From positions 1,280,001 to 1,344,000 of the forward strand of contig CBDASK010000003.1 in the NCBI GenBank assembly GCA_965199495.1: DNA of 64,000 bases. Reading direction: 5' to 3'. The stretch comes from Abditibacterium sp. (GTDB taxonomy: Bacteria; Armatimonadota; Abditibacteriia; Abditibacteriales; Abditibacteriaceae). Shown here in pieces: positions 56,037 to 64,000 of this stretch. Each line of letters begins with the position of its first letter. Within the stretch, counting starts at the first letter, position 1. Below the pieces are notes generated by a model that saw only the letters and a program-made list of their open reading frames with translations, was not told the DNA's origin and did no database searches. The position numbers and the translations under genes are program-made.

Positions 56037-59000
56037 ATGACAACACCCCTTCGCCGCGCGCTTTTCGCGCTCGCTCTGAGCTTTGCTGTGCCGCTCGCGC
56101 CAACCTCGGTTTGGGCTACGCCAGCGCAAACGGCGCCCGCAACCGTGACTTTGCGCGCGAGGGTTTCCGATGCGGCGGGCCAGGCGGTTGTAGGCGCCGA
56201 TGTCGTTGTTGTGCAGCGCGACGACGACTATAAACCCAAAATCACCGCGTTCAAGACCGATGCGCAAGGGCGCTTTGAAATCGCCGGAGTGAAACCGAAA
56301 TTCGGCGTCGAGGCGTTTGTTTACCTCGCTGGTTACGCCTTGCAACGCGAGTTTGTTGTGCCCGATAGCGACAATGGTATCACGCTCAAAAAGGGCGAAT
56401 CGGCGAGCGGCAAAGTCGTTGATGCCGATGGCAAACCGGTGGCGGGCGCGCGCGTAAAAATGACGCGGTTGGTTTTGTCTGCCGAGGATGCGGGAGATTT
56501 TCGGTTTCGTTATGTGCAGATCGATGCGCTGGAAAATTCGGTTTTGACGCGCGCGCTCGAAACGAAAACCGATGCCAACGGCGTCTGGGAATTGGCCGAT
56601 TTGCCGATTGGTTCGCAGGGCACATTTCAATTGGACGATCCGCGTTTCGCGCGCGATGAGAAGTTCGGATCGCCGGGCGAAAACAAACAAATCGTGCCCG
56701 ATTTGAAAGCAACGCCGGGCGCGAACTTGAAGGGCCGCGTCGTCGCGCCCGATGGAAAACCGGTCGCGGGCGCGCAAATTAACGTGAATGTTGGTGAGAA
56801 ACAGAGCAGCTATGCCGAAACGGTGACGGCGAAAGACGGCACTTACTCGCTGCAAAGTTTGCCGCCGGGCGACGCGGCGATCAAAGTCAAATCGCCCGAT
56901 TCGCCCCTCGCGCCGACGAGCATCAAGGGCGTGGCTGTTGTGGCGGGCGGGACAGCCACGGCGCCCGACATCAAGTTGGGCGCTGGCGTTTTGCTGACCG
57001 GAAAAATCATAGATAAAGACAGCAAAGCGCCGGTCGCGGGCGCGCGCGTGATGATACAGGGCGATTTCGGCGATGTGCCCACGACAGTTAGCGGCAAAGA
57101 CGGCACCTATCAAGCGCGCGTGCCGCAGGGCAAAATCCGATTTTACATTTACTCATATCCCCGCGGGTATGTGCAAGAGGATTTTGCCGACGCCAATTCC
57201 AACATCACGGCAGCCAGCACCAAGGCTCCCGATTTCACGATTGCGCGCGGCCTGACGCTGACTGGAAAGGCGCTCGATGAAACCGGCGCGCCCGCCGCGA
57301 AAGCGACGATTATCGCGGGCAGCGATTGGGACGGCGCGCAAAGCAGCGTTGACGATGCGGGAAACTGGACGATTGAAGGCGTTGACAACAAGCCAAACGG
57401 ACGCAATGGCAAAGTGCGCTTGAAAACCGATGGCGATTGGCAAATCGTCGGCGACGGTTTAGTGGCGGCGCGCGAGGGCGATAAAATCGCGTTGACATTG
57501 CGACGCATCGAGTGTCAAGACGTGACGCTGCGCATCGTTACGCCCGAAGGCGAACCGGTTGAGGGCGCCAAAGTGCGTTTCGATATTATGTTCGACCCGA
57601 CGAACCATTCGACGCGCTTTGAAACCGCCGTTTCCAACGCGCGCGGCGAAGTGACGGTCAAGCGTTTGCGGCCCGACGAAAGCGTCGAAGTCAAGCCCGA
57701 AAAAGTGGGTTATGCGCTGCAAAAAGCGGGCGTTATCACGATGATCGAAGCTAACAAAACGCGCGCGACCGATGCGATTATGACGCCGAAAAACGGCGTT
57801 TTGCGCGGGCGCGTCGTGGACGCGGACGGCGTGGCTGTTGTGGGCGCGCGCATCGCGGTGTTGTGGCCGGGCGATTTGCGCGATGCGAAAACGTTGGCGC
57901 AAAGCGGCGCGGATGGGAAGTTTGAACTGAATAATCTGCGCGCGGGCGAACTGCTCGTCGGCGCGGCGCACGGGCGCGATTTCGGGCAAGTCAAAGCGCA
58001 GACGGGCGGCGAAATCGAGATCAAGCTGGCAGCAGCCACGCCGCAACCGTTGCCTCAAGATCGCGCGTTGGCGCGGCAGGTTTTGGAGCGTTGGTTCGCC
58101 GATTCCAAGCCAGCGGCGGGCGCGACGTTAGCGAATTTCGCGGCCAACATCGCGAACACCAGTTCGCAGGACGACGGAAATTTCGCGACTCGCAGCACGG
58201 ACGGTCAATTGTGGTTCGAGCGCGAGCAGACGCCGGAACTTGTGCAAGCGCAGCAACAGCAAGCGATTCAAACGGCGCGCGCCAAAATAGAGGCCGCCCA
58301 AAATCTCGAAGCGCGCGATGGCGCTCTACTCGATTTGGCGACTCTGCTTTTGCAAAACGGCGATAAAGAAGGCGCACGCGCGGCCTACGAAAGAGCGGAG
58401 CCTGATCTTATCAACGCGAGCAAAACTAACGCAGCCGATGTGAGTTCGCTCTATCGTTACGCGCAACTCGCCGGAATTACCAGCGCTATAGAACATCGTA
58501 ACGCCAGTTTTTGGATCGAGATATTGGATCGCGCGTTGCCAGAAAAGCCCACCGATGAAATGATGTTCGGCATCGGCAGCTATATGAAAACCTTCGCCGA
58601 GAATGACATTGATGGCGCGCTCGATTTCATGGAAACGTTGGCGCCCATTGCTCAAATTCGCGCTTCCGAAGACGTGATTCCCATCGTCGCCAAGCGTGAT
58701 TTGCCGCGCGCGCAGGAGTTGCTAACCAAAATGGATGCGCTGTTCGCGCGCGGAGATATTCCAATCGAGCCAGATCGCAACGACGGGATGTATCGCCCGA
58801 CGCCCGCGCGTTCGCTGGACGTGGCGCGCGCCGCGATTATCCGCGCGCTTTTGCCGACCGATGCGCGCGCGGCTTATGCGCAATCGCTGAAAATCACCGA
58901 TGAAAACGGCTACGGCTTGGCGAGTCTGCAAACCGAAACCGCGTTGCGTTTGCCCGTTGCCGAAGTGTTGCCGATTTTGCGCGCGCAGTTCGCGCAGGCG

Positions 59001-59474
59001 CAGAACAAAGACAATCGTTCGGTTGGTGCAATGGCGAAGTTGGCGAAATTAGCGGCGCCGTTCGATGCCAAGTTGAGCGAGCAATGGTTTGAAATGGCGC
59101 GCCAACGCTTGACCGAAAACCCTTATGGCGACGACAGAACGCGCGAAATGGCGGCGAATTACGCGTTTTATCGCGCCGATAGCGATCCGGCGGAAAGCCG
59201 GTTGTTGTTGGAAAATGAGTGGCAACGCAACATCAAAACCAAATCGGACGACGAATATTACAACGCCTCGCGCTTGCAATATATCATGTGGGCGATGGTG
59301 CCCGTGGACTGGGAGCGCGCTCTGCAAATGATAGGCGAAAGCAAAGGAAAATTGGATTCTCGCTACGTCGACGACCTGATGACGCAACACAACCTGACGG
59401 CGTGGCTGCTCGCCTCGGAGCAAGAGCGGCGCGAAATGGATTTCGATAGGCCGAGCGCGGAATTGTTGAAGTGA
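56037..59474 (+). CDS. Large secreted protein with repeated carboxypeptidase-regulatory-like (beta-sandwich) domains and helical C-terminal region
   Basis: Signal peptide and about 7 repeats of G[KR]VVDxDGxPVAGA...TDAxGxF. Confidence 0.8.
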   Translation: MTTPLRRALFALALSFAVPLAPTSVWATPAQTAPATVTLRARVSDAAGQAVVGADVVVVQRDDDYKPKITAFKTDAQGRFEIAGVKPKFGVEAFVYLAGYALQREFVVPDSDNGITLKKGESASGKVVDADGKPVAGARVKMTRLVLSAEDAGDFRFRYVQIDALENSVLTRALETKTDANGVWELADLPIGSQGTFQLDDPRFARDEKFGSPGENKQIVPDLKATPGANLKGRVVAPDGKPVAGAQINVNVGEKQSSYAETVTAKDGTYSLQSLPPGDAAIKVKSPDSPLAPTSIKGVAVVAGGTATAPDIKLGAGVLLTGKIIDKDSKAPVAGARVMIQGDFGDVPTTVSGKDGTYQARVPQGKIRFYIYSYPRGYVQEDFADANSNITAASTKAPDFTIARGLTLTGKALDETGAPAAKATIIAGSDWDGAQSSVDDAGNWTIEGVDNKPNGRNGKVRLKTDGDWQIVGDGLVAAREGDKIALTLRRIECQDVTLRIVTPEGEPVEGAKVRFDIMFDPTNHSTRFETAVSNARGEVTVKRLRPDESVEVKPEKVGYALQKAGVITMIEANKTRATDAIMTPKNGVLRGRVVDADGVAVVGARIAVLWPGDLRDAKTLAQSGADGKFELNNLRAGELLVGAAHGRDFGQVKAQTGGEIEIKLAAATPQPLPQDRALARQVLERWFADSKPAAGATLANFAANIANTSSQDDGNFATRSTDGQLWFEREQTPELVQAQQQQAIQTARAKIEAAQNLEARDGALLDLATLLLQNGDKEGARAAYERAEPDLINASKTNAADVSSLYRYAQLAGITSAIEHRNASFWIEILDRALPEKPTDEMMFGIGSYMKTFAENDIDGALDFMETLAPIAQIRASEDVIPIVAKRDLPRAQELLTKMDALFARGDIPIEPDRNDGMYRPTPARSLDVARAAIIRALLPTDARAAYAQSLKITDENGYGLASLQTETALRLPVAEVLPILRAQFAQAQNKDNRSVGAMAKLAKLAAPFDAKLSEQWFEMARQRLTENPYGDDRTREMAANYAFYRADSDPAESRLLLENEWQRNIKTKSDDEYYNASRLQYIMWAMVPVDWERALQMIGESKGKLDSRYVDDLMTQHNLTAWLLASEQERREMDFDRPSAELLK

Positions 59475-59486
59475 TTAGACGAAATA

Positions 59487-59615
59487 CCAGCGAATGAATT
59501 CGCGGCAACGTAGAGCAAAGTCCGCCTACGCGGACTGTAGGCGAACTCTTCGGAGTTGTAATTTCAGTCCGCGTAGGCGGACTTTGCTCTACGTTGCCGC
59601 GAATTCATTCGCTGG
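59487..59615. repeat. 51-bp perfect inverted repeat (AGTCCGCCTACGCGGACT-type REP-like doublet)
   Basis: ccagcgaatgaattcgcggcaacgtagagcaaagtccgcctacgcggactg and its exact reverse complement, between convergent genes. Confidence 0.9.
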
Positions 59616-59628
59616 CTTGAATCGGTAA

Positions 59629-60507
59629 TTATCGAAACGATTGCGTCAACATTTCGACTTGCTCGCTCGATAATTCGATGTCGGCGGCGCGGGCGCTATC
59701 TTCGACGCTTGCGATGCGACTGGCGCCGGGAATCGGCAATTCGCGGTCGTATTGCGCCAGATGCCACGCCAGCACAATCTGTTGTGGGCTGACGTTCATT
59801 TCGTCGGCCAGTTTTTCCAAGGCGCCTTTTTCGCCGATTTGCTTGGCGCCGCCCATGCCGCCGAGCGGACTCCACGGCAGAAACGCGATGCCATCCGCGC
59901 GGCATTTTTCCAGAACGCCATCGTTAATGGGCGCCAGATGCGTCGGGCTGTATTGGTTTTGCACGCTGGTAACCGGCACGATTTTTTGCGCGATTTCGAT
60001 CTGTTCGACGCTGACGTTGGAAAGTCCGGCGAACTGAATTTTGCCCGCATCCAAAGCCTCGCGCAGCACGCCGACCGAATCGGCGTAATCCACGTTTGGG
60101 TCGGGGCGATGAAATTGGTAAAGTGGAATCACGTCCAATTCGAGCGCCTTTAAGCTCGCGTCCAACGCCGCGCGTAAATGTTCGGGGCGTCCATCGGTCA
60201 CCCAATTTCCGTTGGGCCGGATGTGTCCACCTTTGGTCGCCACGACGACCGTGTCGCGCAAATCGGCGGGCAATTGTTTCAATGCGGCGGCGAATAATCG
60301 TTCGTTGTGGCCGGTTTCACTATCGTTTTGGCAATAGGCGTCGGCGGTGTCCCACAGCGTCAAGCCGAGTTCGGCGGCGCGCGTTAAGACGGCAATGCCT
60401 TGCGATTGACTGACGCGGTCGGCGTCCGATTTGACTGACATGGGCATGCCGCCCAGACCAATTGCTCCCACCATCGGGCCGTTTGGCCCCAGTTGTCGTT
60501 GTTTCAT
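59629..60507 (-). CDS. Aldo/keto reductase
   Basis: IGLGGM, DTADAY, ATKGG, LYQFHRPD, GLSN and WSPLGG. Confidence 0.93.
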   Translation of the reverse strand: MKQRQLGPNGPMVGAIGLGGMPMSVKSDADRVSQSQGIAVLTRAAELGLTLWDTADAYCQNDSETGHNERLFAAALKQLPADLRDTVVVATKGGHIRPNGNWVTDGRPEHLRAALDASLKALELDVIPLYQFHRPDPNVDYADSVGVLREALDAGKIQFAGLSNVSVEQIEIAQKIVPVTSVQNQYSPTHLAPINDGVLEKCRADGIAFLPWSPLGGMGGAKQIGEKGALEKLADEMNVSPQQIVLAWHLAQYDRELPIPGASRIASVEDSARAADIELSSEQVEMLTQSFR

Positions 60508-60598
60508 GCTAAAATTTCCTCTTGGAAGCGGTTGAGTTCAGCGAATCGAGTGCCACAAAGCAGCGGCACCGTAGGCGCGAACTCCGCTCCAATACATC

Positions 60599-61450
60599 AT
60601 GCAATGGAAAAATGCTCGACAGAGTGATAACGTCGAAGATCAGCGCGGCAGCGGCGGCATGGTCGGCGGCGGTATCGGAATCGGCACGCTGGTTTTAGCG
60701 GCCATCGTTTATTTTATGGGCGGCAACCCGATGACCGTTTTGGAAGGCGGATCGAGTGGCCCGCAACCGTCGTCGCAGAGTTCGCAACAGGCAACCGCCA
60801 ATGGCGCTAACGACCAAGAATTGCAGTTCGTCAAAGCCGTTCTGGGCAGCACCGAAGACGTGTGGAGCGACCAGTTTCGCAAACGCGGCAAGGTTTATCA
60901 CCCGCCCAAATTGGTGCTTTTCACCAATCAGGTGCAATCGGCCTGCGGCGTGGCTGGCAGTTCGACCGGGCCGTTTTATTGTCCCGGCGACCAAAAGGTC
61001 TATCTCGATCTGGCGTTTTTCCGCCAGTTGAAAGAACAGTTCGGCGCGCCCGGCGATTTCGCGCGCGCCTATGTCATCGCCCACGAAGTCGGACATCACG
61101 TTCAAGACGAATTGGGCACAATGCAAAAAGTCAACGCCCTCGAAGACCGCGCCAGCAAAACTCAAGCGAACGCGTTGTCGGTCAAGTTGGAGTTACAGGC
61201 CGATTTTTACGCGGGCGTGTGGGCGCATTACGCGCAGGAACAAGGAAAAGGATTGGTCGAAAAAGGCGACATTGACGAGGCTCTAAACGCCGCCAGCGCC
61301 GTGGGCGACGACCGTTTGCAAAAAGAAACGCAGGGTTACGTCGTGCCTGACTCGTTTACGCATGGCACTTCGGCGCAGCGACAGCAATGGTTTATGCGTG
61401 GTTTCCAGAGCGGCGACTTGACTCAGGGCAATACGGGCAGCAAAGAGTAA
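60599..61450 (+). CDS. YpfJ-like neutral zinc metallopeptidase
   Basis: RQSDNVEDQRG, GPFYCPGD, AHEVGHHVQ, ELQAD and DSFTHG. Confidence 0.92.
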   Translation: MQWKNARQSDNVEDQRGSGGMVGGGIGIGTLVLAAIVYFMGGNPMTVLEGGSSGPQPSSQSSQQATANGANDQELQFVKAVLGSTEDVWSDQFRKRGKVYHPPKLVLFTNQVQSACGVAGSSTGPFYCPGDQKVYLDLAFFRQLKEQFGAPGDFARAYVIAHEVGHHVQDELGTMQKVNALEDRASKTQANALSVKLELQADFYAGVWAHYAQEQGKGLVEKGDIDEALNAASAVGDDRLQKETQGYVVPDSFTHGTSAQRQQWFMRGFQSGDLTQGNTGSKE

Positions 61451-61632
61451 TATTAATAAAAGTAAGTGGAGGGTAATACCTTTGTTAATTGTCGCATTAT
61501 AAATAAGCCGCTAACCCCAATCAAAGGTGAATAATTTTTCGCTTTCCACTTTTGCATTTGCGGTCTTCGCCAGAAGCGTGCTTTTTCACGCGACTTCTGG
61601 TAAATTTACAGAGCAGCAATTGCCGACTGTGA

Positions 61633-61756
61633 CTTCTATGTTATGGGAATTACGCAGTTGGAAATTTTCACGACTGAACGTGGAATGGGAAAACGCAAAA
61701 ACGGTTCCCGTTCACGCTCAGAAATTTCCAATTGCGTAATTCCCATAACATAGAAG
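61633..61756. mobile_element. MITE-like element with GGGAATTACGCA termini
   Basis: cttctatgttatgggaattacgcagttggaaattt ... aaatttccaattgcgtaattcccataacatagaag. Confidence 0.72.
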
Positions 61757-61925
61757 ATTACTCGCAAAGTATTTTAAGATCTGAGACATCTAACGATAGT
61801 TTGGGCCCCTCAATTTGCGTGGCCAAAACTGACATCATCATGTCGTTTGAACACGAAACTATTTGCGGCGTCTTTTCTCAGTTCTGCTTCCCCCTTTTGG
61901 TTTCTGGGGCGACGGAGGTTCATTA

Positions 61926-63203
61926 ATGCGTATCTGTGTGTTGACCGAATACTTTCACCCTGACAATACTGGCGGCACCGGGCCGGTCATGTCGAGTTTG
62001 ATCAGACATTTAAAAGACAATTATGACGGAATAGAGATTGATGTTATTACCAGTCTCAATTTATTTCGTGGCACATCGGACGCGCCCCTGATCCGCGAAA
62101 ACTGGAATGGCGTTTCGATTCGTCGCATTCCCTCGCCTCCGGCGGCCAAGAATTCGACGCGCCGTCGTCTGCTCTCCAATCTCTTATTTACTAACGCCGC
62201 GCTCCGCACCTTATTGTTGAGCCGCAACAAATATGATCTGATTTTAGTCGTGACGGCGCCGCCGACATTGCCGATGGCCGCGCGGGTTTATCGCGCGTTA
62301 ACCGGCACGCCCTACGTTTATCTGGTTCACGATCTGTTCCTCGATATGGCGTTGGCAATGAATTTGGTGAAGGACAAAGGACGCAGGACGCGCACCATGC
62401 ACAGCGTGCAACGCAAGTGGTTCGATAAAGCCGCACGCATTGTCGTTTTGGGGCGCTGTATGCGCGATTACGTGAGCAATCATTATCAGGTGAGCGCGGA
62501 AAAAATGAAAATCATTCCGATTCCCGCCAATATTCAGCAAATTCGCGTGACGAACCATCAAACGTGTTTCCGCGAAAAGAATAATTTGGATGGTTTCGTG
62601 GTGTTATACGCGGGCAATTTCGCGCGTTATCAGGATTTCGACACCCTGCTCGATGCCGCCGCCAATTTGCGAGATCGCAGCGATATTACCTTTGTTTTTG
62701 TGGGCGATGGTGCGCGGCGAGAACATATCGAAGCGCGCGTCGCCCACGAAAATTTGACCAATGTGCGCCTGTTACCGTTCGTGCCCGCATCCGAACTCAA
62801 CGATATGTTGGCCTCGGCCAGCGTCTCTCTGGTGAGTCTGGAAAAAGAGATCGCTGGTTTGGCGGTGCCTTCCAAATTCTATAACATCATGGCATCGGGG
62901 CGCCCCACGGTGGCCGTTGTCAATGACAAAAGCGAGGTCGGTTATATCATCAAGGAAGTCCAATGTGGCGTGCAAGTCGATCCCGAAGATAGCGCCTTTT
63001 TGGAACAGGCGCTACGACAACTGGCCGACAATCCAGAGCAGGTGCGCCAAATGGGACTTAATGCACGCGCGGTTTGCGAAGAACGCTTTTCGCGTGAACA
63101 CATCGGGCACCAATTTTATCAACTCTTTGAAGAAGTCATTAGCGAACGCGCGCGCGCCAAAAAATCGCCCAGGAAACAGCAAGTCAAACCGCAGACGATG
63201 TAA
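61926..63203 (+). CDS. GT4 glycosyltransferase (WcaI-like)
   Basis: TEYFHPD, VHDLFLD, YAGNF, FVGDG and VPSKFYNIMASGRP; ATG at 61926 preceded by GGAGG. Confidence 0.9.
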   Translation: MRICVLTEYFHPDNTGGTGPVMSSLIRHLKDNYDGIEIDVITSLNLFRGTSDAPLIRENWNGVSIRRIPSPPAAKNSTRRRLLSNLLFTNAALRTLLLSRNKYDLILVVTAPPTLPMAARVYRALTGTPYVYLVHDLFLDMALAMNLVKDKGRRTRTMHSVQRKWFDKAARIVVLGRCMRDYVSNHYQVSAEKMKIIPIPANIQQIRVTNHQTCFREKNNLDGFVVLYAGNFARYQDFDTLLDAAANLRDRSDITFVFVGDGARREHIEARVAHENLTNVRLLPFVPASELNDMLASASVSLVSLEKEIAGLAVPSKFYNIMASGRPTVAVVNDKSEVGYIIKEVQCGVQVDPEDSAFLEQALRQLADNPEQVRQMGLNARAVCEERFSREHIGHQFYQLFEEVISERARAKKSPRKQQVKPQTM

Positions 63204-63237
63204 GAATTCATTTGATTCTTACCATCGCAGTTTGAAC

Positions 63238-64000
63238 TCAAGGTTTTTTGCGGGCTAAATTGCGTTCGATAACGGCCAACAAACTGCGCGCGGCGCCGCC
63301 GATTTCAAAGCGCGCGTTGAAGCAAGCCACGGCGTCTGCACGCATGCGCTGCATTTCTTCAGAAGAGGTCGCCAGCCACGATTCCAGATTGGCGAGCGTG
63401 CCTTCGCGCGTATCGGGCGCCACGAAGCCGACTTTATCGGCGACGATTTCGCGCCAGATGTTGACTTTGTCTGAAATCAAAACCGGCACACCGCACGCCA
63501 GAGCTTCGGCCACCACGATGCCAAAGTTTTCCTGATGCGAGGGCAGAGCGAAAACCTCGGCCACGCGAAAGGCGCCCCATTTCAAGTCGCCCTGCAACAT
63601 GCCCGTCCAGGTGATGCGCTCGGCCACACCCAACTTTTGCGCCTGATTTTGCAGTTCGGCCTGCAAACCCTGCTGATCGGGGCCGGCCATCACCAGATGC
63701 AAATTCGGATCGCGATTCGCGATTTGCGCGAAGGCTTCAATGAGCAAATCGGCGCCTTTTTTGACGTGAATCCGTGAGAGGAATAGCACAACGCGCTTGT
63801 CACGCAATTGCGGAAATTGCTTCAGAAACAGTTCGCGTTGTGCCTCGCCGTGGCTCGGTGGCGCGGCGGTGCCATAATTGACGACGGTTTCGCGAGCGCG
63901 ATATAAGCCAAACGATTGGCGCGCCAGCACGCGCTCTTCTTCTGAGGTGAAGCAAACGGCGCGCGCATCGCGCAAAACGCGATATTCGCCCCACGGCCAA
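63238..64000 (-). CDS. GT4 glycosyltransferase (3' part; starts beyond window end)
   Basis: FLSRIHVKKG, AGPD and PSHQENFGIVVAEALACG. Confidence 0.9.
   Translation of the reverse strand, partial: WPWGEYRVLRDARAVCFTSEEERVLARQSFGLYRARETVVNYGTAAPPSHGEAQRELFLKQFPQLRDKRVVLFLSRIHVKKGADLLIEAFAQIANRDPNLHLVMAGPDQQGLQAELQNQAQKLGVAERITWTGMLQGDLKWGAFRVAEVFALPSHQENFGIVVAEALACGVPVLISDKVNIWREIVADKVGFVAPDTREGTLANLESWLATSSEEMQRMRADAVACFNARFEIGGAARSLLAVIERNLARKKP

Noticed and set aside
55980..57113. 377-aa minus-strand ORF and similar long antisense ORFs (32603-33859, 46128-47105)
   Set aside because: They fully overlap well-supported genes on the opposite strand and have no recognisable motifs.
1..64000. Abundant GCGCGC/CGCG runs as a second iterated motif
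   Set aside because: Plausibly explained by GCG/CGC codon preference (Ala-Arg); cannot be separated from codon bias without computation.

Overview
GC-rich bacterial chromosomal window, mostly housekeeping genes. The lineage is inferred, not proven: it is probably Abditibacteriota/Armatimonadota-like, from the DUF1559 prepilin-like genes and diderm envelope genes. Contents: fatty-acid cluster (fabH-methyltransferase-fabD-fabG-acpP-fabF), tatC, mutY, thiO-thiS-thiG, ppc, rmuC-like, cysD-cysN and cysC, lptF/G-like plus two ArnT-like transferases, an AAA ATPase/vWA-metallopeptidase pair, a PilB/GspE ATPase, ubiX-ubiA(mqnP-like), RNase P RNA, mtaB, an SLH-like/beta-barrel protein, an LptD-like protein, an atypical DEAH-type helicase and GT4 glycosyltransferases. 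Two DNA-level signals stand out. (1) The non-palindromic 8-mer CAGCCACG/CGTGGCTG occurs about 54 times by manual count (about 1 per 1.2 kb), on both strands and in several reading frames, which resembles a DNA-uptake-sequence-like or HIP1-like genome-wide signal. (2) Many intergenic gaps carry palindromic REP/MITE-like elements from about 7-8 families, several nested inside one another, with no transposase in the window. No CRISPR array, tRNA or rRNA was seen.
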